Shown piece by piece: positions 13,723 to 26,799 of a stretch of DNA of 64,000 nucleotides. Under the pieces are notes generated by a model. That model had not been told where the DNA came from, did not search any database, and was given only the letters and a program-made list of their open reading frames with translations. The stretch is from Eledone cirrhosa (taxonomy: Eukaryota). The first letter of the stretch is position 1, and every line of letters begins with the position of its first letter. A program made the position numbers and the translations under genes. Location: positions 304,854,001 to 304,918,000 of the forward strand of contig OZ024740.1 in assembly GCA_964016885.1 (NCBI GenBank), given 5' to 3'.

Positions 13723-15890
13723 ATACATCAGTGTTGAAATGACCCTGAAAAGCAGACAAAGATTTATAATAACAATGTTTGAAACTATAAAAATACTGCA
13801 ACAAGTGATGATCACAATAAAACTGGGGAAGGTATTAAAGGACACAGAAGGAATAGACCACAGAAATTATAAGGAAGTTTCTGTTAAACTACCATATATA
13901 CTTGCCTATAATCCCCACCTCCTATTTTATGTCTGAGAAATAGGTGAAAATCCAAACCCCATATATAAACCGAGGCAGCTAATCAACACATTGTCTAGAT
14001 AGCGTATATAAGCCAACCTCCCATTTTACCATCGATTTTTTTTTATAAACATATTCCTCAACTTATATTCAAATATATACAGTAACTTGAAGATTAAATA
14101 ACACTAAAAAAAAGCAACAGTTTAAATATGCAACTGAGGTGTATAAAAGTCTTATCTGTCTTAATCAGAGTAAAGTGGAGATTAATCATAGATATTTACT
14201 TACTAACAATAATTAGAGTGGCTAGACTTAATGACATCCTGCTTTGTTAATATTTGTTTTTAATTAGTAATGTAGAAATAATGGATTGCTATCAAAGTGC
14301 AAATGCAAAGGAATTTTAATTAGAATCGTGTTCTGGAGAGATGAATAATTTGCAGAAAGAGTAACATTAAGATTCCCAGAAATATTTGCTTCAATATAAC
14401 CCTTTCTCCTATGAATGTTCATCTTAACTCTTTTAATATCAAACTGCCTGAAACCACCCCTAGTCTAATGTGTTTGTGTTTATTTAAAAACCTTCCATCA
14501 TAATTTTATATAAGAACCTTTGTTAAGTTACGTTCCAAACATCCAAACATCACCTTAATAATGAGAAAGTTAGTTATATTATGAAACCCTTCAAAATTCT
14601 TGATTATTTTCAAAACTCTGAAAATCATAGATAATATCTTTTATTAGAAATATGGTAATGAAAGAGTTAATAGAATATCTTCCCCTGACAGTTCCCTAGT
14701 GTACATTCATTGAACAAAAACATCCGTTCTTGTACAAATCATTTGGACCAAATTGAAGGAATGTCATTCTAAGGATAAAAACAAACCACAAAGCTATACC
14801 AAATCTCTTAAGTGTATTGATAACATCAGCCATAATAATATGCCATGTGTGCTTGTGTATGTGTGTGTGTGTACATATATATATATATATCACTACCTGT
14901 AACTTTTTAAAATGTATACAGACACAAACATACATACACATAATGCATTTCCTATCTCAGTCATGTTGCTACAATAAGAAGTTTGCTTTCTAATCACAAG
15001 GTCTTGTGTTCTAACTTTACCTTTGTCCCTGTAAATACTTATTTCTTTAAAGTTACCCATACATTTAATCCTATATGTCATTTGTATATATATATATATG
15101 CTGAACACTTATGTAATGATATAGAAATAAATGATTGAAATATTCTTATCTTTAATCACTTCTATGTATCAGTAATCAATACAAAATATAGGGTTCATCT
15201 TTACACAAACTATTAATTTACGAAAACACAAATTTCCCAGAATGTAAGATTGTTCATCTGGTAATCTTGATATAGATGACATAGCAATCCTGGACTTCAA
15301 AAATGAAATACATTCAATGCTGTTGCTCCCATTATTGATAACACAGGTCCACTAGTACAGTAACAAGTCATACTAGTGTATGTAGATTAGTTACTGTTGT
15401 TTCTGTCACAACAATTCAGGCTTAACTTAGTTCATCTTTTTGAGTTCATTAGTTAAGCTGATATGGGAGTGTTAAGAAAACATTAGTATTGTAATATATT
15501 TCAATTGATTAAACAGAGAAACAGCTACAGCCATGACCTCCATAACACTGTCCCAAATTGATGAAATTGATGCAGTTAGTGTTTTGTCTAAACAGATGTT
15601 TATCTATGTCAGTTAGAAAAATCATGTGAAAGATGTGACGTCAAAACGAGATGACAAAGGAAGAGCTTCAACCTGTTGGAAATAGCAGCCAAATTTCCCT
15701 GAAATCCTACCCTACAGCCTTAATCAAGGAATGGTGGTATTAGATTGTGTGGTCCTACAACCCTTTCAGAAAGGAAGTTGTTCATGGCAAGAATGTCTTT
15801 GAACTAGAATTGACCTGGAGTTATACAGTAATAACATATGGTTATCATGAGAGACCCTCAGAAATGATAAGGTCTAGCTGTTAAAGTGAC

Positions 15891-16097
15891 TTTAACCCTT
15901 TAACAATCAAACCGGCCATATTCGGCTAGAAATGTCTCATCTCTTTCTGTTCAAACTTGATGTTAAGGTATTGTTCTCAAAATAAATAACATCAAAATCT
16001 CATAGATTCGATATTATATGCGATAATTATGTAAGATTAAGTGTTTACTACAAAATACAATAGTATATATAGAGTAATGTGAATGCTAAAGGGTTAA
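15891..16097. mobile_element. piggyBac-like MITE
   Basis: ttaacccttt...aaagggttaa. Same family as 19352-19566 and 49143-49333. Confidence 0.8.
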
Positions 16098-19000
16098 ATG
16101 TGTTAGTTATGTGGCAAGATTGTAGGATGTTTCCATGGTCAGTGATCATGGAAGAATTGCAAGGCTGGTGAGAGATGTCTATTCTGAATTTACCTGACAC
16201 TGTATCATCATCATCATCATCATCATTGTTTAATGCCAATTTTTCCAGGCTAGCATGGGCTAGACAAATTGTCCCATTGTGACATAGGCCAAGTCAGGTA
16301 ACCATGTCTTGCTCATACAGAACTGGTTTTGGCCTAGTTTCTACAGCTGGATGCCCTTCCTAACACCAACCACATTTACAGTGAGCACTGGGTGCTTTTT
16401 GTTGTGACATCTACACAACCACTTTACATTGTGGACTATGGATTTTGGTGGGGATTGGGGAGGTGGGCATATGAGTGTGTGTGAAGGGCAGAGTTTTTGG
16501 ACATGGGAGGTGAATGGAAGGGAGGATGGAGGTGAAGGTGGTGCATACTAGATATATGCTTTAGCCTGTGCTCAGTTTAAAGAAGTATGTGATCAGAAAT
16601 AACAACTAATAGATTATTAATGTACAGAGTTGGTGATAGAACTGAATATATACAAATTTATTCACAGAGATTAAGGAATTTAAAATGAGATTTTACAAGT
16701 GAGTTTAATCCTTCTGTTACCAACCTGGCCCTCATTTGTAATGTCAACTACGTGAACTTGCCTGGTTAATATTATAAGGCAAAAAAATGAGGCCAAAAAC
16801 TTCATAATATGCTTGTAATAATATTCTTTCTGTTTTTAGGTGTAAGTATGGCAATGGTACCGACCCAGAATCACAACAATCTATAAATTGATTGCAAGCA
16901 GCATTAGATACTTGTGGACATTGTTCAATGTTCATTGGATTCTGTTTGTCTTGACATTACATAAACACTCTTCAAAGAATAAGCAGTGTACCTAAAAAAA
17001 TCTGTTTGTGCAAGAATTTTAGAAGCTGCACACTTCAGCAGATTTTTATTAGTGCAATAATTTTATAGAAAGGGAGATCTTTACATTTTGTTTTGTTTAT
17101 AATATCATATTCTCCAACTGATAAAGCCTTCCTTGCTTCATTTTCTATAATAGGATACATTATGTATTCTTGACTAAGTAAATTAACTAAGGTTAGGTAA
17201 TGTTTACATGACAAGAACTCATTATTAAAGTGTTAGTCTCACTTCGAAATGATATGTACTCATTTTAAAATTATTATTCTCACTTTGATCTGGCATGTGC
17301 TCAATTTGAAATTATTATTCTCATTTTGAACTGACATGTCCTCACTTGGTAATACTGTGGTCAGCCAACGAACTTCCAACACAAAAGTTGAGATATGGAT
17401 GGAACCCAAACTAACCAGGAGATTTTCAACCCACTTATGATAAAACTCTTTCCTCATGTCAAGTGCATAAAACACACCAGGTAAGTGTAAATAATTAAAA
17501 AATTAGGTTAGGTGAAGGTGACCTGCAAAGTATTTAATGAATTTCAAATGAAGCAAAACAAATACTTTGATTTTCAGTGAAGTATATTTCATACCTGGTT
17601 CATTAAGAATAACATTGAAGATATGATAGAGATATTTTTTAGAATGGAAAAAGAAGTTGCCCGAATGAATAGTAACTAGCCATAATGTTTTGAAATGGTG
17701 GAAGTTTGGGGCAAACAAAATTTATTGGACAGGAAGATCTTTTACAAATCTTATTTGATAAACCTATTCCTTTAAAATTATAACAAAATATATAACAGAA
17801 AGCAAATTAATAAGATTATCAATAATAATAGAAGAAAGTGAAGCTGAGGCAATAAACATTTATACAACTAATAAAATATTTGTTCAGCTGTTACAATGGA
17901 AAGAATTATTTATTTAATAATCTAACAATTGATATTAACATTGGATTTGATTGATATGAGTTTCAAACCAAATCTGACAAATACTCAAAATAGCTGTCCT
18001 ATATAACTGCACCAATCTTAAATAGTCGTAGAGTCTGTGTTAACTGTATCCATGGCAATGCACTTTCACAAAATAATGTAAGAGAGAGAAGAAACAAAGA
18101 ACTGACTTAATCTTAGATTTAACAGTGAAAAAAATCAAACAAAGGTAAGTCTTCTTTTTTGATGGAGAAAACATTTGCTTAGATATTGTAACTGATTCAA
18201 GGATCTACAGGAAAGCTAAAAATCATCATCATCATCATCATCATTGTAGTTTTAACATCTGCTTTTGTTTTAAAATGATGATGATAATGATGATGATGAT
18301 TTCCAGCTTACCATCTACGTCAAATGCGGAAAGTTGTTCTAACAATATTATAACCAAAACACAAATAATTATGTTTATTCTTGTTTCAGACTGTCCATAC
18401 AAACTTAGAATATTTTCTTCTTTATCTGCCAAGCATGCTGTAGTGAAACGTAACAACTGCCATTATAGTTTATTGTTAATATTTAATTGGAACTACAGTC
18501 GCTGCTGATGAATTACTGCAATAGAAACATCATCTATATATTAACTATATCATCAGCAGCAGCAGCATTGCTTATGCACCTAGTCCACACTGTAAAGTGG
18601 TTATGTAGGTGTCACGACAAAAAGCACCCAGTACACACTGTAAATATGGTTGGCATTAGGAAAGGCATCCAGCTGTAGAAACCAAGCCAGAAACAGTTCT
18701 GTGTGACCTGACTTGCCTCAAATGGGACAACTCGTCTAACCCATGCTAGCATGGAAAATAGACGTTAAATGGTGATGATGATGATGTTTTTACTCCCCAT
18801 GACAGCTTCAGTTGGGCAAAAGTTTGATGCACTATTCTATGCCTAGATGCCCTTCCTGACACAAACTCTTGTATATCTTTTTAAAAAGTAAGAGTGGTTG
18901 TCTTGCTCGCATAGGACTGTCTGGCATGTTTTCTACAGCTGGATGCCCTTCCTAACACCAACCACATATATATATATATGGCAATTAAACAGTGACAACA

Positions 19001-19306
19001 GAGTAGAAAAGATTCTTCAGTCACATGAAGAACATGACAACCTAGTGTTAAAAAGGTCTTCCTGACATAGAACAATGAACATCATGTGACCCCCAACCTG
19101 TCTAGTAGGATAGTAATGCTAATTAATGACCAGTCCAACCTATGCCATAATGGAAAATGCATGAAAAATGATGATGATAATATATTAATATCAATATTTG
19201 TTATTTTAACCCTACCAAGAATAATTAGTGTAGACTCAACTTCCTTGAAATAAATTCCAACAAAAAAGTTTTCCTTGACATCTATTTTATCTAATAGACA
19301 GGTTTT

Positions 19307-19770
19307 CCAGACATACATTAAAACCAGACATACATTAAAACGAGACTTACATTAACCCTTTAGCATTTAAACCGGATGCATACGGCCAGAATTCTCTCAC
19401 CCCTTTCTGTTCAAACTGGCCATAACTGGTTGCTCATACTTATGTTAAAGTATTGTTCTCAAAATAAATATCAAAATCTCGTAGATTTGATATTATGCGA
19501 GATAATTATGAGATAAAGTGAAAATACAATAGTAAATATAGAATAATGTAAATACTAAAGGGTTAAAACCAGACTTACATTAAAACCAGACTTACATTAA
19601 AACCAGACTTACATTAAAACCAGACTTACATTAAAACCAGACTTACATTAAAACCAGACTTACATTAAAACCAGACTTACATTAAAACCAGACTTACATC
19701 AAAACCAGACTTACATCAAAACCAGACTTACATCAAAACCAGACTTACATCAAAATCAGACATATTAAAA
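19307..19770. repeat. 17-bp minisatellite (aaaaccagacttacatt)n interrupted by a piggyBac-like MITE at 19352-19566
   Basis: About 3 units lie left of the MITE and about 12 right of it. The MITE is bounded by TTAA-ccctt...aaggg-TTAA at a TTAA of the repeat unit. Confidence 0.9.
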
Positions 19771-20004
19771 GCAACTATTTTCAACAACCATACCAAAAAT
19801 CAGATATGAAGAAACTATTACAGATATTATTTACAGTCGGAGTTTTAAAAATTTCTTGCAACAACATTACAATGGATACTTCTCAGTTCTACTGTTTGTA
19901 TCATCTGCCATCAGTCTGCACATACTAATTGCCATACTTTAAACTATAAACTCAAATACAACAGTTTCTAGTCACCAATCTTTATCATTCATTTTACTCA
20001 TAGA

Positions 20005-20200
20005 ATAATTGTTTCTACTTTTGGCACAAGACCAGCAATTATCCTAGTGCATTACTGGTACTTTATTTTATCGACCCCGTAAGGATGAAAAGCAAAGTTA
20101 ACCTCGGCAGGATTTGAACTAAGATCATAAAGGGAGGTAACTCTATGCTTCAAAGCATGGCATCCGACCCTCTACCGATACTGCCAATCCACCGCCATCA
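20005..20200 (-). mobile_element. tRNA-derived SINE with Nin/Deu-like domain (copies ~49665-49760, 54315-54490, 61650-61825, 61830-62015)
   Basis: Minus strand shows an A-box-like tggcagtatcggtag, B-box gttcaaatcc, a gcttttcatccttacggggtcgataaaataaagtaccag core and an (att)n tail. Multiple near-identical copies. Confidence 0.75.
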
Positions 20201-20686
20201 ATGAATAATATGATTACTCATAGAATAATATGATTAAAATTTCATCGACAGCTATTTAAAATTTTGTGATTGAAGCAGCCTCCTAAAATGTAAATCTATG
20301 CCTCTTTTTCAGGAACTTTATGACATCATGGTGAATTAGATTCTCTAAACATTGATTAATAACTTGGTTATACTGTAGTACAATAAAGTGAAATATTAAT
20401 GAAGAGCTTAATGGATCAACATTCTAAGTTTACATCCAGACATCATGGAGTTTGTTTCTTATAAGAATAGGAAGGATACAATAAGTACACATGACACATT
20501 GAGAGAAGAGTTCTTGTATCTGGTAAGTGGTTTATCTGGATTGATTGTTCATTAGAAATATTTAATATTTATACTGTGTGATCTAAAGAAACTGAAGCTA
20601 CTCTCACCAAAAACATACAAACACACCATCAACAAAACATCTTGTACCAACAACTGACAAACAAAAAAAACAAACTTAAAATTTAC

Positions 20687-20840
20687 CTGTGCACTTTAAC
20701 TTTTCTAGTTCATAAGGTAGGTCACCTGTACCAACTTTTGCCAATTCATCTTGTATGATGTTGGTCAAGGCATTCCGCCGTCCAGTACGTCCACTTGCTA
20801 TGAAGTCCTGGAGATGAGTGCTAACATCTACATCTGTCAT
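20687..20840 (-). CDS. PKI: cAMP-dependent protein kinase inhibitor (PKI), main coding exon
   Basis: Translates MTDVDVSTHLQDFIASGRTGRRNALTNIIQDELAKVGTGDLPYELEKLKCT. DFIASGRTGRRNA is the PKI pseudosubstrate signature and LPYELEKLKC is NES-like. Acceptor tttcag at 20875-76, ACC-ATG-A start context, donor CAG|GTAAAT at 20686. Confidence 0.95.
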
Positions 20841-21437
20841 GGTACGTGGTTGAATTGTACTTGAAGAAATATTTCTGAAAATATATTAAAAATAAATAAT
20901 GTTAGGAATAAATATCTTACAAATATGTTTAATAATGTATATCCCCATCTAATTTGCATTTTAAAGATTTGACAGTAGTTAGTTCTATGAGTATTTAGAA
21001 ATACAGATTAATCCATACAAAATTTACTACAGCTCTTGTGTATGTCTTATTGCTGTTTTAAACCACATACCATGGTTAAATGTTATTGAGAAACTTATGT
21101 TAAACCTGTACACTCGTTTTTTAATACAATAGATGATTAATTAGACAAATACTCTTGGTTTGCGAATAATTGCCTCCACCCCATCCCACGTTTATTAAAT
21201 TTTGCTAATCGATCTCCGGCAAAATTTTAATTTAAGTGGTAACATTCCTGTGACAATTTTCTTTAGACATTAAAAAACATTATACATGACAAAAACGTGC
21301 ATTACTAGAAATCCTATACATTATAAAATAAATAGGATGGGTGGGGGTTCCAAAACTAAACGACTAATTCTGGTTTTTAAAAATCAAACAAACAAGAGAG
21401 ACAACCTAGGAAAATTATCGATTCTGAAATCCATTTG

Positions 21438-21660
21438 ACAGGTAAGTTGGTCTGTAGTTTATAACAAAAGTATTTCACAGGTAAGTTGGTCTGTAGTTTA
21501 TAACAAAAGTATTTCACAGGTAAGTTGTTCTGTAGTTTATAACGAAAGTCTTTGACAGGTAATTTATTCTGTAGTTTATAATGAAAGTCTTTCACAGGTA
21601 AGTTGTTCTATATCTTATAATAAAAGTCTTTCTTTCATAGGTAAATTGTTCTATAGTCTA
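21438..21660. repeat. 39-bp minisatellite (acaggtaagttggtctgtagtttataacaaaagtatttc)n
   Basis: About 5.5 units. Explains the 13-aa periodicity of ORF 21377-21595. Confidence 0.9.
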
Positions 21661-23482
21661 CAATGTTGAGTTCAAAATTTGCTAAATGTAACTGAGCTTT
21701 CCAGATGTGTAAATAAGTACAGTGGTGTGTTAAAACAAATCTACAATAAAATTCATAGCAACCATAATTACCAAACAACAAAGCACAACAATTATTAGGT
21801 AGATGCTTACGTGATATCTAATCCAAGCAGCTTCACTGAGTTAGTCAGAGTCATAACTAGTAACTTGTTGAGTAGAGACTGACTGTACAAGCGACAAAGA
21901 TGTCTCGTTTTAAACTTGTCATTGTAAAGCTGGTTGAATCAACTTATGCCCTCGCTTCTATATATTAACTCCTATTGCTACTATTCATGGATATTTACAT
22001 TTTCATATCTCATACTTATATCAATCAGTCAAACAAGTTTTATTAATATTATTATTATTATGCGCCAAATGTAGAAACCATTATTATTGCTGTTACTGCC
22101 ACAACTGCTGCTGCTGCTAGTAGCAGCAGAAGCAGTAGTAGTAGTAGTAGATCAGTATTATTATTATTATGGCCTTGTGCCAAAAGTAGAAATAATTATT
22201 ATTATTGTATTTTCATTGCACAAATGGCCACAATGTTTACCACAAGCTTTACCTCTTAATCCTCCAAATCTTAATTTAAGCATATCAGATTTGGTTTTTA
22301 CTATGTTAAACAACACTGCTTATCTAATTTCAGAATTGATACAAGGATTTACCATTTCCATAAACCTACAATATATATGTATATATCTCACTACATAACA
22401 AGTGTATCAGGAAGTATTACAAATTACAAATATATATATATCACCAAAATACTTTACATAACCCTGTAACTATAGATATCTTTTAATATTAGTGAAGGGC
22501 AAGGTTGAACAGTTTACATTTAAAAATAACTACCTTATATATCTCCCAACTTTTATCACAAACTTAGTATTGCTTCCAAACCTCATCTTATACACATTTC
22601 CTGGTCCCCCTTCCTTGGAACTACATACTTGTATACTCCCTCTCCTAGCATATGATTTCTTTGGACTAGGTTCAAAGCCAATATTTATAAGAGATATAAA
22701 TTAAATTGACTTTAGTATATTAGTAATGCTGGTGGTTTATAGTAGTGCCTGAAGAAAAGCAAATTAGATCACGTGGTTTTTGAACTCAGAAGGCAGAAGA
22801 TTGAAAATAATGCAGTAAGATATTTTGTATAAAAGTCAATGGTTTGTAGTAATTTGCTACACTTTTCCAACTCTACAAACTCACATAGCTTTGCAGTTTA
22901 TCCTCTGACTAACAAAAATTAAAAAGAGAAAACCTGGAATACAAGACTTTAACCTTTTCATGATCACATTTCTAATGGAATACACTCTATTTTAATTAAT
23001 TAATGAAATATTTTGGGGGATTTGCTAAAAATATTAATTATTTCATTACTAAGATAGTAATTTAATACAAGATTCTTATATAAAATTATGTTGGAAGATT
23101 TTAATTTAAATTGGAAACCTTTAAGATGGGTGGTTTTATTTCATAGAACCAGAACTGGCTTTGGCTGGGTTGGTAACTAGAGGGTTAAGAAACCGTTCCA
23201 AGCTAAGCTGTGATTATAATATAGCTATGCTGTGATATATAATATAATATTGCTCTGTCGTGATATATGATATATAATATAGCTAAGCTGTGATATATAT
23301 AATATAATATTGCTCTGATCACTGGTCAGGATATCCATTTACAGATGTATCAACATGAGATAACCATATCTTTCACTGCTTCACATTAAGGAACTGATAA
23401 AGAGAATGTTGCATGCACTTCATCTTAATCACACAGCTATTTGATCGGTGTAACTGGAATAAAGTAAATGAGTCAGAGCCCT

Positions 23483-23640
23483 ACGGCTAAGCTGTTGCCA
23501 TTTCAACAGCTAATTCCGACTCTGGAATTAGCTGTTGAAAAGGCAACAGCTTAGCCGTCGACCCCTGAGTCTAATATACTCACACCCTACTATCCCAAGT
23601 ATCAAGTACTCTGTTGAATAATGGTCAACTGGTTTCATTC
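23483..23640. mobile_element. Penelope-type pseudo-LTR fragment with hairpin (23483-23558)
   Basis: Inverted acggctaagctgttgccatttcaacagctaattcc / ggaattagctgttgaaaaggcaacagcttagccgt. Same family as 3590 and 46027. Confidence 0.6.
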
Positions 23641-24667
23641 GTGTGTGTGTCTCTCTCTCTTTCTTTCTCTCTCTCCATCTCAAACCCCAACTGCTTGCTA
23701 AGTGGAAATACTCAACAAATTTAACTGATTTTCAACCACCTTAATTTGATTTATATACTTCCGTTATATCTTTTCTTTCTCTTTTCACACTTACATAATA
23801 CAATACACTTTCTATACTACAATACTTGACACATTAATAAATATTACTGTCTTTATATTACATTCCATCACATAATACAATGCTTCTGTTATAGTATACA
23901 AACACAAACATGTGGTTGAACTCATAATTCATATTTACATCTTGGAGTTATTTCCATTTGTTTTACAATGTTATCTTTTGTAAACATGCATTCCTATCAA
24001 AATTTACTTTTAACGGTATCTAATAAACTCGTATTAGCACCTGAAGAAAGGTCATTATTTTGATGCCTCTTGTGAGGTATGATCAAATTGGACCTTCAAC
24101 CTTTGGGTAGCACTTTTGTTCCGTGTATGAACAAAAAAAAAATATAATATAATATATATATATATATCCAGTCCAAATAAATTAGATAAATGAGATCGAG
24201 ATTGAGATCGTGTAGGTGTCACGAGAAAAAAACACGCTGACCACGCTGTAATGTGGCAGTATAGGTAACACGGTAAAAAGTTCCCAGTTCCACACTGTAA
24301 ATGTGGTTGGTGTTAGGAAGGGCATCCAGCCGTAGAAAACCTGCCAGATAGTCGTATATGAGCGAGACACGGTCACCCGACCAACCTCGCCTCAAGTGGG
24401 ACAACTCCCGTCTAACCCAAGCTAGCGTGGAAAGTGGACGTTAAACGAGGATGATGATGATGATATATATATAGATATATATATATAGAGAGAGAGAGAG
24501 TATACATGCTGTGCTGAGACTGGTGGCACCACTAATCATGGAAGTACTCAATGCATGGGGAGATGCAGAGTGGGTATAGAGATAGCTACGTTGAAACTGC
24601 TTGGCGCAGCGGTCGGATTTACCCCCCCCCCCCCTATATATATGTATGTATATATATATATATACAT

Positions 24668-24707
<40 letters not shown>

Positions 24708-24786
24708 GTATGTATATATATGTATGTATGTATGTATATATACATTTATATGTATATATATATATGTATATGTATATATATACATA

Positions 24787-25160
24787 TCATCATCATCATC
24801 ATCATCACCGTTTTATGTCCGTTCTTCCACGCTAGCATGGGTTAGACGGGTTGTCCTGTTGTGGGCAGTGTCTGGTCGGCTGACCATGCCTTGCTCATAC
24901 AGGAACTGATTTGGCTTGATTTCTACAGCTGGATGCCCTTCCTAACACCAACCTCATTTACAGTGAGTGCTGGGTGCTTTTTCGTGGCACCTATACGTCC
25001 ACTTTACAGTGTGGGCTGGGTGCTTTTTTGCCGTGGCACCTCCACGACCACCTTGCGGTGGGGGGTGTGGGGGCATATTGTCTATATGCTTCAGCTTGTA
25101 CCCATGGGAGGTCGGGTACTCTGTATTACTGCGTGACGCCAGAAGTCACGGTCGTGTGTC
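24787..25160 (-). mobile_element. RTE LINE 3' end (young family; also 41030-41442 minus and 47293-47730 plus)
   Basis: Near-identical to 28243-28637, including the AVIQSTRPPMGTS* end and (gat)n tail. Confidence 0.9.
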
Positions 25161-26187
25161 GCCATATACAAAGTGAATATAGTCTTCCTTCTTTTTCATC
25201 ATATTATCACGTTCACACACAAATTTTTCAAAATGGCTGCCAACGACCTGTTGCACTATCATTTTCGCGCCATTTTCTCGCGCAATAGAAATATATTTTT
25301 TTTTCAATTTGACTTTAACCTTGTTTCGGCACGTGTGGGAGAACACATCTCGACTCACTGAGATAACACACGCCATAGATAATGTTTCTTGCCAAGGATT
25401 CTCCAGCCTTAAGTTACATTCTCATATTTGCCGGTTTAAAAATTTACCACATAAATTTGCCATTGAAAACTGCGCATTTATTCAGAATGATTATTTCTAT
25501 GGTCGCTGGCCTTTTGACCCATCTAAGTCAACGCGTTCTCAACATCGACCATCAACTTTGGCTGTTATTTCTAGCACTTTGCGCAACTCATTTTTTCTGG
25601 GAAACTTTTTACTGTGAATGGAAACAACATCGAATAGGCTCACTCCGCGAGACAACAACAACACAGCTTCATCTTTGCTTTATCAACAACCAAAACCAGC
25701 AGAACAAAACAGAATTTATTTTTGCAGCACTCTTCCTGTGAGAAAATCCCACCGCCTTCGGAGGTTGGGAATTTCACATTGTACCACAGTCCAGAAACCA
25801 CCTGCATACATTCACTGGAACACACTCTCTTTCCTGCTGTCATGTGATTGCACACCTGTGAACTTTATTTTTGAACATTTGAACTTTTTTTTAATAACTA
25901 TATTCGAGCACATTTCTTTGCTCTTTTGACCTCTTCTTTTAGGTTGATTACATTGTATCTTTGTGTGATGGATAGATAGATGTCGAGTCGTTCTCTGGCC
26001 AAGAGCAGTTGGCTACCTTGATATCTATCATTAATTTTTGCATGCTTATATTTTGCTGGTTTGCTTTTATTGCAAACATTATTTTTTTGTAATTTTCATG
26101 CCTGGACTTTCGTGTTACATGCTCGCCATCTTACTTCATACATGGTTGATTCGATTTTTATGTTTTAAAAATCTGGCAGGGGAATAA

Positions 26188-26578
26188 TGTAGCAAGAGTT
26201 GCCTCCCTTGTTATGATGATCACATCACCAGTAGCGCTCTCTATACAGGAAGTAGCTGGAGTTACTTCCCGTTGAGGTAGCAGAACCTTCTTAGGAACTT
26301 CCGTCCGAGGGAGCTATAAAGGAGAGAGCCGAAAGCTAACTCCCTCTCTTTTAACGTGCCTGGCCTTTCAGCCAGGTGCGTTCCGCCGACGGTATGCTCT
26401 CTGGCAACCTGAACATGGTAATGTAAAGACCTCTTGGTCTCTTGCGCGCTAACTTCAAAACGGTAAACAACTAACTTTAATTCATCCTTTCATCTCTCTT
26501 GGCATGTCAACTATTCTGCTCTACATAGATCAACCTTGTTAAATAAACATTGTACATACAACCCAGTGTCCTGTTATA
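26188..26578 (+). mobile_element. Possible solo LTR
   Basis: Starts tgtagcaaga and ends in the imperfect inverse tcctgttata. Internal TATA-like gctataaag and aataaa at ~26542. GC-richer than flanks. No clear TSD. Confidence 0.4.
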
Positions 26579-26799
26579 TATACATATATGTATGTATATA
26601 TATATGCATGTATATATATATATATATATACATATATGCATGTATATATATATATATATACATATATGCATGTATATATATATACATATATATATGTATG
26701 TATATATATACATATATATATGTATGTATATATATACATATATATATGTATGTATATATATACATATATATATGTATGTATATATATATTTGTTATTTC

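Noticed and set aside
19560-19770. CRISPR-like regular repeats (also 21438-21660 and 49370-49510)
   Set aside because: Head-to-tail minisatellites without unique spacers, in a eukaryotic context with no cas genes.
24035-24115. Hammerhead-like CTGAAGA with a long hairpin (aaggtc...gacctt)
   Set aside because: The GAAA half is replaced by caac and stems I and III are not recoverable, so it is counted only as a possible decayed relic.
25160-26170. CpG-rich segment with Cys-rich minus-strand frames
   Set aside because: Probably a decayed transposon fragment, but I could not identify termini or a diagnostic domain.
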